A program made the position numbers and the translations under genes. A stretch of 64,000 bases of DNA. Source: Ylistrum balloti (lineage: Eukaryota). Position 1 is the first letter of the stretch. Each line of letters opens with the position of its first letter. This document shows, piece by piece, positions 25,101 through 37,100 of the stretch. The notes below the pieces were generated by a model. That model was not told where the DNA came from and searched no databases. It saw only the letters and a program-made list of their open reading frames with translations. The stretch lies in assembly GCF_031769215.1 (NCBI RefSeq), contig NW_026782328.1, positions 124,001-188,000 of the forward strand. The letters are read 5' to 3'.

Positions 25101-28100
25101 TAAACTTCACCATATCTTTTTTGTGTTAATGTAAACTTCACCATTTGGTTTCACAAAATATCTTATTTCAGATACACTGATGTATATCATAATTTTTCAT
25201 CATTAAAAGTGTGAACTGAAAACACATAAGATTACTTTTTCCTGATTCAAAGTTTGCCAGTTCTTATAACAAAAATAGCGAAAGTTGGATACAGGAGACA
25301 AAAATACGATGTAATTGTTTTAACATCTATTTCACTGATGTCCTGTAAATGTAGGAAGTTGTGTTATTCAGTGAATGTTGTTAGAAGTTTATATTTTCTT
25401 GTTCCGGTATAATACTTTTGTTGTTCTTTCAACAGAACTTTACCATCCGGAGCCTTGATCTGTTCTCCCAGTTTCTGTTCACGGAAATTCTAGAACTAGT
25501 GGATCTTGACTGGAAAGGTCCTGGAGGGGAAGATTCATGTCCACGCTTTCACTTAATGCCAAGATTTGCTCGTAGTCTGCCAGGTCTGTCAAGACATTAA
25601 CGAAACTGAAACATCAGAATTTACTTTTTTTAAAATTATTCCATTACTGAAACAATCATTGTTTGAAAGAAATATTTTAATACGTTGAAGATCATAAGCA
25701 TCATGCTCTGTAGTCCTAATGTCAGTTGCTTAAAGGTCATGTAGAGTTTACAAGTTGTTAATGAAAAATTGTGTATCATATTCCATTATTGAACTGACTT
25801 TGGCACCCGTAGGAGATCTTTTATTTAAGGAAAAAACTTTTAACGGTCTGAGAAAAGATTTGATCAATAGATTTTGAATGAAGTAAGGTGACCTTTCCTT
25901 TTTATTTTTTTTTTCAGAAAATGGTAAAGAAATCCTATCAATGAATGAAGTGTTGTTGTATTTGCTGCGATGCTCTAAACCATTGTTGGAGGAGACAGAA
26001 CTTGCACAGATGTTAAAAGCTGACCAGCATGAATGGCAGAATTTCCTGGATGAAATACGTGGAATGGTGGTCACATATCCTGGAATGGTTAGTAGTAATA
26101 GCTAAACAAAACCTGTAACCAATTAATTATTGTCTAGGTTTACTGAAAAAGTTGTGAAATAGTTATAGTAACATTAGAGTATATAGAGCGTAAGGGGTCA
26201 ATAGCCTCTGAACTTTGAAAAAGAATTTTTGTGTGATAAGTGATTTTAAAGTCATATGTATCTCAGATATAAATAGTACATGATGACAGCAGTTTGACTA
26301 ATGGATAGTGTAAGAGAACTTATACAGTAGACATGTACTGTGATTATCCTGGTTTATATACTGTTGTTTATCATTTATTGTTATAGAAGCCAAGTTCCCT
26401 AAGGATTGACCAGCTAGATCGACAACAATCTGAAACAGACGTCATTACTTATCCTCTCATCATCCACTTTGGTATCCGCCCTGCCCAGCTGAGTTACGCT
26501 GGGGATCCTTAGTAAGTGGTGTCCACTCAGCCCTGTCCAGCTGAGTTATGCTGGGGAATCCTATTTAGTGGTATCAGCCCAGCTGAGTTATGCTGGGGAT
26601 CCTTAGTAAGTGGTGTCCCCTCAGCCCTGCTGACTGAGATACGCTGGGGATCTGTAGTAAGTGGTGTCCACTCAGCCCTGCTGACTGAGTTACGCTGGGG
26701 ATCCTTAGTAAGTTTTGTCCACCCAGCCCTGCTGACTGAGTTACGCTGGGGATCCTTAGTAAGTTTTGTCCACTCAGCCCTGCTGACTGAGTTACGCTGG
26801 GGATCCTTAGTAAGTGGTGTCCACTCAGCCCTGCTGACTGAGTTACGCTGGAGATCCTTAGTAAGTGGTGTCCACTCAGCCCTGCCCAACTGAGTTACGC
26901 TGGGGATCCTTAGTAAGTTTTGTCCACTCAGCCCTGCTGACTGAGTTACGCTGGGGATCCTTAGTAAGTGGTGTCCACTCAGCCCTGCTGACTGAGTTAC
27001 GCTGGAGATCCTTAGTAAGTGGTGTCCACTCAGCCCAGCTGAGTGATGCTGGGGATACCTATTTAGTGGTATTAGCCTAGCTGAGTAATGCTGGGGATAC
27101 CTATTTAGTGGTATTAGCCCAGCTGAGTGATGCTGGGGATACCTATTTAGTGGTTTTAGCCCAGCTGAGTGATGCTGGGGATACCTATTTAGTGGTATTA
27201 GCTCAGCTGAGTGATGCTGGGGATACCTATTTAGTGGTATTAGCCCAGCTGAGTGATGCTGGGGATCACTATTTAGTGGTTTTAGCCCAGCTGAGTGATG
27301 CTGGGGATACCTATTTAGTGGTTTTAGCCCAGCTGAGTGATGCTGGGGATACCTATTTAGTGGTTTTAGCCCAGCTGAGTAATGCTGGGGATACCTATTT
27401 AGTGGTATTAGCCCAGCTGAGTGATGCTGGGGATCACTATTTAGTGGTATTAGCCCAGCTGAGTGATGCTGGGGATCACTATTTAGTGGTATCAGCCCAG
27501 CTGAGTGATGCTGGAGATTTTTAATAAGTAGTATCTACCCAGTTGAATCAATGAAATAGTTCATTTGAATTGTATTAATTTGTCATAAATAGGTTTTTGG
27601 TTAAAACTTCAGATTTTGGAGAAGTTGCTGTCAAAAATTTAGTGGCTAGTCCATTTCTTTTCAGAAAGAGTTTATATCAGATAAGTTTTCTTCTAATCTC
27701 TCAGAAAGAAATGCACTTTGCATTGAAAATATTATGTTTAGGTGAATTTTAGATAAGTATAATGACATCCGAGTTTAAACATGTTACACACTATAAGGGA
27801 GATGGTTTTTTTATCTGTCTGGTTTGGAAGGATTACGGTTTTGAGTTAAAATTATTATTTTTATGATGAATTTTGGGAATTATAGAATTTAAGTGACCTG
27901 GATAGTGTTGTATTTAAATAGTGTTCTCGTGATAAGGATTTACCATTACTACTACTGTTATTATTATGACATTCTTAACGGCCGTCGACACATTAAACGT
28001 CATTAGAGCCATCAACCGGTAAAACACTCAATGATCTTGCCACTACTAATTTAAGCTATATGATAGGTAGATTTTAGGAAAAGATACCTGTCTCTTGGTG

Positions 28101-31100
28101 TCAATTTTGTGCAATAATGATAATATTGACAAAGCAGAACAGACAAGACCTTTGTTCACATGTAATTCATTTGTTTAGATTTTGTTGTTAACTGATAGTG
28201 TGTGAAATGTCTAAGGCATTATTTTAGTAAATTAACTCCTGCAGGACACGGGGACAAATTCTCTCTAATATGTTTCATCAAATGTTTCCAAATTTAAGTG
28301 ATTGTATTTGTGTTGGACAGCTACCAGAAGACTTGGAAACAGTATGTGAAGTTTAAACACCTCCTGAACAGTAAACCCAAGGTGACCTTCTCAGACAAAC
28401 AGAAACTAGAACAGAAAGAGAGTTATTTACAGGAGCTCCGCACGAAGAGGTGAGACACATCAATATTCCTATGTTACTTCACAAAGAGTTAAGACACATC
28501 AATATACCTTTGTCACTACACAAAGAGGTAAGACACATCAATATACCATTGTCACTACACAAAGAGGTAAGACATCAATGTACCTTTGTCACTACACAAA
28601 GAGGTAAGACACATCAATATACCTTTGTCACTACACAAAGAGGTAAGACACATCAATATACCCTTTTCACTACAAAAAGAGGTAAGACACATCAATATAG
28701 CTTTGTCACTACACTGAGAGGTAAGACACATCAATGTACCTTTTCACTACAAAAAGAGGTAAGACACATCAATATAGCTTTGTCACTACACTGAGAGGTA
28801 AGACACATCAATGTACCTTTGTCACTATACAAAGAGGTAAGACACATCAATATACCATTGTCACTATACAAAGAGGTAAGACACATCAATGTACATTTGT
28901 CACTACACAAAGAGGTAAGACACATCAATATACCTTTGTCACTACACAAAGAGATAAGACACATCAATATACCTTTGTCACTACACAAAGAGATAAGACA
29001 CATCAATATACCTTTGTCACTACAGAAAGAGGTAAGACACATCAATATACCTTTGTCACTACAGAAAGAGGTAAGACACATCAATATACCTTTGTCACTA
29101 CAGAAAGAGGTAAGACATATCAATATACCTTTGTCACTACAGAAAGAGGTAAGACACATCAATATACCTTTGTCACTACAGAAAGAGGTAAGACACATCA
29201 ATATACCCTTGTCACTACAGCAAGAGGTAAGACATATCAATATACCTTTGTCACTACAAAAAGAGGCTTCCATCTGAGCCAACAAGAACGATTAATATAA
29301 GTTGGAAAAACTTGCTTTGCAATTGTTGTAAAATAATTAAAATTTATTATGAAAAAAAAGAGGTAAGACACATCAATATATGTGTTGTTGGATACTGTAT
29401 ACTGATTGTAAAATAACATGTGTTGTCAGATAATGTATACTGATTGTAAAGTAGAAATGTTGGTTCCATAAGTTCTGTGATCTTTTGTTCCAGTACCATG
29501 AAGAGGGAGGTTACAGTGGAGATCAGTAGTGAAGGTTTCCTGAGGACAGGAATCAAGTCTGATATAACTCAGGTCACTATCATTGGATTATCAGGGTTAT
29601 TTCAGACTGTATGACACTGTGTGCTGGAAGTGAAATGTCAAGGTTTTGGGGAATCAAACTGTATGCTGGAAGTGAAATGTCAAGGTTTTGGGGAATTAAA
29701 CTGTGTGCTTGAAGTGAAATGTCAAGGTTTTGGGGAATTAAACTGTGTGCTGGAAGTGAAATGTCAAGGTTTTGGGGAATTAGACTGTGTGCTGGAAGTG
29801 AAATGTCAAGGTTTTGGGGAGGGGAAAACTGTTACTAAACTTTATAATGATAAGGATGGTGAAATAGTACATAACTTGGTATCATTATCTTGCCTTGTTG
29901 AAGCCATGTTTACCGGATATATCACTATATCTGTATTTAGGAATATTTTTATTTCTGGTTTGTAATGTCAGTAGAATAGAAGTTCTTATAACACAACCAG
30001 TAGAAGATTAGAGTGTCACATTTTTATGACTACACGGTCACCTTCATCCCACATGAAAGTTTGATGGAGGTGACCGTGTAATCTTTTCCACTATATCTAT
30101 ACATTTTACAAGATTAAGAATGCCACATTGGTTTATTTAGTACCAAGAAGTAATTTGGTTTCCGATTTTTTGATAGATTAGAGTGATATCAGCTGAATTG
30201 ACCTGTTTCTGAATAAAACATACACAGATTTAATATTTCTTTCTGTGTGTTGTCCCCAGATTTAATATTTATTTCTGTGTTTCATCACCAACAGCATGCC
30301 ATGTTGATTCCAGTACTGCTAGGACATCTTCGGTTCCATCAATGTCTGTCTGTGCTGGAGAAAACACTTGATTACAAATTCAAAGACAGATCATTGTTAC
30401 AGGTATGTACAAAGACACACTACTTATATATCAATCAATTAGAGATATTTCTTAATGAGATTTCTTTCCTTTTAGTTTTTCAATCGTTGATATCATTAGA
30501 GATACATGATAGCTCATTTGTCATGATACACCACTTCAGTTTGGCAGGAACAAGCAGATACAATGATGTAATTTGACCTGGTGTATATATTTGTGTTAAA
30601 GTTTCCTCTTAAAGAGTTCTTTCTTTCTTTGATTTCAAAACTGTTTTCTAACTAGCAAATGCTGTACAAAGTTCAGAAAAAGAGGATTGTGTAAAAAACC
30701 CCAAAAATATCACAAAAATAAAATTCCGAAATCTTGTGTGTTTGTGACAGTTGGCTTTAACCCACACCTCATACAAAGTTAATTACGGCACCAATCCTGA
30801 CCATGCCCGTAACTCCCTGTCAAATTGTGGGAGGAGGCAGCTGGAGTATGGTGATCGAAAGATCCATTACGCTCACACACGTAAACGTGGTAAGTAAACA
30901 TACAAGGAGACGTATGCAACCAAACTTTGTTTAAACTCCAGTGAACGTTTAGTAATGTGTGCAGAGTAATTGGAGAGTGTTTATTTTAGGTTTTATGATA
31001 TAAGAACAATTTAGAGGATTTAGATATAAAAGTGTAATTAATGAACATGTTCCTGGCTTTTGCCTGAATGATTTTAGATATTGTGAGTATATTAAACCAC

Positions 31101-34100
31101 TCTTGAATTGAACTTAGTATGTCACTGAAGGAAGATACCTATTCTACATATTTTTTCATGAGACTGGTATTCAGCTAGAAGTCGTGTAAAACAAATGTTA
31201 TATTTGTGTAAATATGATAGTCAAGTTCAAAAATTTATTTCTTACTTAATGTAATGAAATTGGGGGCAAGGTTATACACTGTTTAGAAGGATCAAACTGT
31301 CAGTGGTGGCCACATTGAGTTACCATGTTGTCCCGTTGACTGTTGTTAGGTATAAACATCCTGTTGAACATCATGTCACGAATGGGTAACAAGGAGGAGT
31401 TGTCCTCAGAGATCCCGCACAACGAACGACTTGAGTTCCTCGGAGATGCTGTTGTGGAGTTTATCACTAGGTGAGGTGGTAGACCTTTCAGAAAAGTAAT
31501 ATATAACCATCTTCCCATAGTGGATATTATATAAACAATTCTACACCTAAACCTACCACAAGTGATATATAATCAACCCTGCTCAACTCTTACATGATAG
31601 ATATTATATAAACATTTCTACACCTAAACCTACCACAGAGGTAATTTATAATCAACCCTGCTCAACTCTTACATGATAGATATTATATAAACATTTCTAC
31701 ACCTAAACCTACCACAGAGGTAATTTATAATCAACCCTGCTCAACTCTTACATGATAGATATTATATAAACATTTCTACACCTAAACCTACCACAGAGGT
31801 AATTTATAATCAACCCTGCTCAACTCTTACATGATAGATATTATATAAACATTTCTAGACCTACCATACACTGTTGTTTGGTTGATAACATGTCTGAAAA
31901 GGAAAGCACAGATGTGTACCACATTTTGGTGATGAAATTGTGTTTATATTTTCCACTCTCCGTCTTAGAGTGAATATGAATAGAAATCAGTGTGTCTGTG
32001 TATCCATGCATGGCTTGACCTGTCTGTAGTAACCAGCTTATCTACAAGATATCTTATGAGACTCATATCAAGTTCACTTCATATCAAAGCCACTGTATCA
32101 AAGAATTAATTCTACACCTGATGAGATTGCTTTGAGGTTAAGGTTAAAAGGTCAAAGGTCACACTTAGACCATTTTTTTAATCAAAAACTTATTTTCATA
32201 GCATATTTAATTATTTAATTCATATGAATGCTATAGTATCCTAACATAAAAATCATTATCTTCTTCGACCTTAGTGGTTGATGTAATAACATCATTTATC
32301 AGTCTTGAAACTTTGGATTGCTTTTTGTCAGTTCTATGTTTCATACATGAAATTGGTCTTATGTTGCAGTGTCCACTTATTCTATATGTTTCCCTGGCTG
32401 GAGGAGGGTGGACTGACCACTTATAGAGCAGCCATTGTCCAGAATCAACAGCTGGCTGTACTGGCAAAGGTACATAATCAGGATTACTGATCAACATGAC
32501 AAAATTATGTCTTGTTTCTTTTGTGAATTTACCTTTCCCATCTCCCTTTCCCTAAAAATAAGCAATCACAATTTGTTACTGGAGATATGTATTTTGCTTT
32601 CAAAGTTCTGTCATTTAAAATGCCAGAACAAGACAGTGTCATTGTGTATATACCATATTGGACCTAAAAAGCACTTATTGCACTTACAAAAATTAATTCA
32701 AACAAGATACACTTGATGAAACTATTTACAGTTTGCCTGTGAAGCTATAAAAATGTGGAAGAAATGTTTTGAACCTGTTTGAATTTTAAGAAATTGAAAC
32801 TACTGGTTAAAAATGTTATTTTCCTGGGTGGAGATGGGAGTCTATTATAAAATTGTTGTCTTTTGAAACATTCACCATACTGCAATACATTTTAAATGAC
32901 AGTTGAGAAATCACAGGTTTCATTTTTATCTTCATAACTTTGGATACTGTGAGGAAACCAGCCAGTGAAAAGCACATTTCTGCTTGTATATTGGTTGAAG
33001 TCAGCATTGATACAGTGGTATACAGAGGTGGATTTAGACTTAATATGACTAAGGATTAATGTTTGGTAAAATCTTTATAAAACTTAAATTATTGGAATAG
33101 CCTTGATTTGATTATCAAAAAGTGAAGCAATGTTGTTCTTTGACAAAACGATTGCTTAGCTTGTAATACAGAGTTGGGGCCATGAGTTGTGTCAGCTGGC
33201 ACACACACGATTTTATGGCAAGATGTAAAAAAAATAAAACTACCCAAACATACTAATTACGTGACGTGTATGTGTATAATTTGATGCTATCAATTACTTA
33301 TGGTGATTTACTGCCTGCTACCCAGTGTTTAACGTCAATGTGAAAAGTGACTATATGGAACGATTATTGTGACGCCAATATCTCTATCAATAGTAACATG
33401 TGTGGTCATGTGATATGTTCAAACAATTCGAAATGTAAGTGAAACAAACTAAAATTAGAATCAGTTCCAGCTATTACTAGACAGAAAATAATTGTTTTTG
33501 TTGAAAAAAATCATGTGTTCGAACTACCTGCCTATTGGAACTGACTGGAGGTTAACTGTAGTTTGAAATAAAACTTCAGCCTGAATACTTTGTAGATGTG
33601 AAACTAGGGGACAATGATGCTGAATATTGTAATGGTAGATTACATTCAGACTAATAGCTGTTGGAGTGAGACACTTTGGAGGCTGCTATTGTATAAAAAA
33701 AGATTGCTCTGTTTTAAAGTTGGATCAATTTGCATTGTTCAAATATACTTCGATAAATTGCTGAAAGCCCAAGATTTAGCAAGAACCATATCAGTTGAAT
33801 TTTTGTTTTCAGAAACTCACCCTTCAGAACTTCATGCTGTATGCCCATGGTCCAGACCTGTGTCATGAGTCGGACCTCAAACATGCCATGGCTAACTGTT
33901 TTGAAGCCCTTATGGGTAAGTTTGATTTGTCTTGTAACATTTATCACCCAGCCTGCTAAATGTTTGTCGTGAAATGCGGTAATGTTTGCTTACATTAAAA
34001 AAATGGCTACTAAAACAGGCTCTAGTGAAGCTTTCCTTTGGTTTGTACATCTGGAAGTTTCATTGAACTTTGATATAACTGAACTCCCATATTACCCACA

Positions 34101-37100
34101 CTGTTATGGGAATTACAGCTTCTTTTGTGAAAGAATTAGTCAAGAAGCTGATTTGGAATTCTACCTAAACTCCTCAGGAAACTGATTTGCTTTGATTTCC
34201 TGTACATGATAACCAGAAATTCTGCAAAAGACTTAAATGAACCTTGTTATCAAAACATCTCGACTAGGGATTGTTGAGATCGTTGTTCAGTACATGATAA
34301 CTTACACTGTGTTTCCTATGACCAGGCATGTGGTGTAGTCCCATCTCTAGGAACTCGAGTCCTCAAACTATATACTTCCATGATCCTGAGTTGTCTTTGA
34401 GGAAAATTGCAGATTATTTATATTCAGTACACAGATTCATTTTTGATGCACATCTAAAAACCTTTGACAGGTTTGGTCTTCATACACCAGGGGATATGGG
34501 TCATTATTTTCACCTGTTTGTTTTCCAGAAATTATCAGTTGCTTTGGAACAGTGTTAGACAATCTAAACCTTATTTGCATTTTTCAGATAATTTATCTGT
34601 AACTGTAGCAGGTGTTCTCTTCAGATGTCAAACATCTATATGTACATTTTGATAAGGAATGTTTTTTTATTTACTCTTAAGAATTATTCTTTTTGGGCAG
34701 TTCTCAAATCTTACAGGGACCTGTTTTCAACAGGGGCTGTGAAGGATCATATCAAGATTAATATTCGATTTGTAAAATGTTAATAATAGTGGATGTTTTT
34801 GTGTTAACAGAGTATCAATTGATGATTACAAAATCAATTATGTTACATTATATTAGTACTAACATGTCTCTTTTGAAACAGGTGCCCTGTTTATATACAA
34901 ATGTTAGTACAGATATATCTCTTTTGGAACAGGTGCCCTGTTTATAGACAAATGTTAGTACAGATATATCTCTTTTGGAACAGGTGCCCTGTTTATATAC
35001 AAATGTTAGTACAGATATATCTCTTTTGGAACAGGTGTCCTGTTTATATACAAATGTTAGTACTGATATATCTCTTTTGGAACAGGTGTCCTGTTTATAT
35101 ACAAATGTTAGTACAGATATATCTCTTTTGGAACAGGTGCCCTGTTCATAGACAATGGTATAGAGCTAGCAGGACGTATTTTCTGTCAAACATTGTTTGA
35201 TGATGACCGCCTTGTGAAGACATGGAGAGAATTGGCCCTTCATCCGCTCCAGGAGGAGGAGCCTAATGGCGACAGACAGTGGGTGGAATCAAGCCCTGCC
35301 TTACAGGTCAGAACCAAAGGGTTACTGGAGCTGAGAGGCTATATAGGTCACTTGTCATGTCTTGTCATTGAAACCACTTTATGACTCTAATTTAACCTTG
35401 GTTTTTACAGAACGTGTTTATCTAACAAAATGATTTTCGACCATGTTGTCATCAATACTTGAAACAATTATACACATTTATGTAAAGAATGGGGTCAGGC
35501 AGTTTTATAATAGCAGCTTTATTAATAAACATATGTTCTACAGGTTTGGTTTATATCCTGTTGAGTAAGCTATAGGTCCATGTAATGTTACAATGTTAAA
35601 AAGCTATCTTACAAAGTTACATTTTCCGAATGCTTTGTAGATATTCCAAGAGACGACAATATCTTCTAGTTCTTGAAATACTGCTAGCTGCCTTAAACAG
35701 TTGGATGTATTATGAGGACCATATTCAGAGAACACAGAACTATGTGATTGACTAGAAGATATATGATATCAGTCTGGTGTACTTAGATATAGTTATATAC
35801 ATTTATGGACACAGCTTTCATTGAAACATTAATTCTCAAGTTGAATCTAACAATTTTTTTCTTATTTTTTTTAGAAATTATTGAATTTTGAAGAAGCAAC
35901 GGGGATTACATTTAACCATATACGTTTGCTGGCCATGAGGAGTGTGGGCGTACATATTTAACTATATACTGCTGGTGAAGGACCTTGAGGTGTGTGTGGG
36001 CTATGAAAGGTGTGTTGACTATAATAACCTTACATTGTAAGTACATATTTAACTATATATGTCTGCTGGTGAAGGCTTTCACCTTGAGGAGTGTTGACTA
36101 TAATAACCTTACATTGTAAGTACATCTTAAACAATTATGGACCTTTGATGAGGTCAGTATGAAAAATGTTAACTTAATAACTACTGGAAGGAATGTACAA
36201 AAGACACACAAAAGAACATTAATTTTCAGTAGGAATTTTATATTAGAAACAGTAGAGCTCTATTATGTTGTCCTCTGTGAAAAAGAACTGAGCATTGACA
36301 GCCTTACTAATTACTCTGTAAACTTCTTTAACATTTGTTTGTGATGTTTTTTCAGGGGTCATAACCAGAGGCTTGAGTTCCTAGGAGATACAGTGTTACA
36401 GCTTGTGGCATCACAGTACTTATTCCGTCACTTTCCTGACCATCACGAGGGCCATCTGTCTGTATGTTCCTTACTCTCATTTCAGACAGATACACTCAAA
36501 TAATACAAGTGGGAGTGAGCTGGGAATACCCTATTTGTGTGCTTGTTTGTGTGTGTGTGTATGTATGTCTGTCTGTCTGTCTTTCTGTTGCTAATTGTGC
36601 AAAACAAAAGAAAATCACATTTGGTTCTAAGACAGTTTCAACAATTATATTATTGAACAAGATTATATACTGACAGGATAAAGACTTTTTTCATCTCTGA
36701 TGATTTTACTGTGACATGATGTTCTGACTGACCTTTGTGTCCCCAGTTGTTGTGTGTTGCGAACTCAATGTACTGTTTGACCTTTGTGTCCTCAGTTGTT
36801 GTGTGTCATGGAACTTAATGTACTAACTGACCTTTGTGTTCCCTAGTTCCAGTACGTTTTGTTGCAGACAAACCAGTGTGTTGGCACTTTGAATGTAACA
36901 TTTCAGGCATAAATTTGGACAAGCCTGCAAGTGATGATACAGGCCTTGAAAGGCTTAATCAAAGCTTGTTACAAAGCAAAATGAGATCAGTAGTTCTACC
37001 ATGAATGAACGTCTCTGGTCCAACTGATCAACAAAAATGGCCCATTTGCAGTATAGTATGTGACTTGATGCACTGACTGATTGTTCTGTCCCAAGTTGTT

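Noticed and set aside
26516-29300. Repeat-peptide ORFs ([39 protein letters not shown])
   Set aside because: They are alternative-frame translations of the junction-derived arrays; in the Drosha frame these regions are closed by stops.
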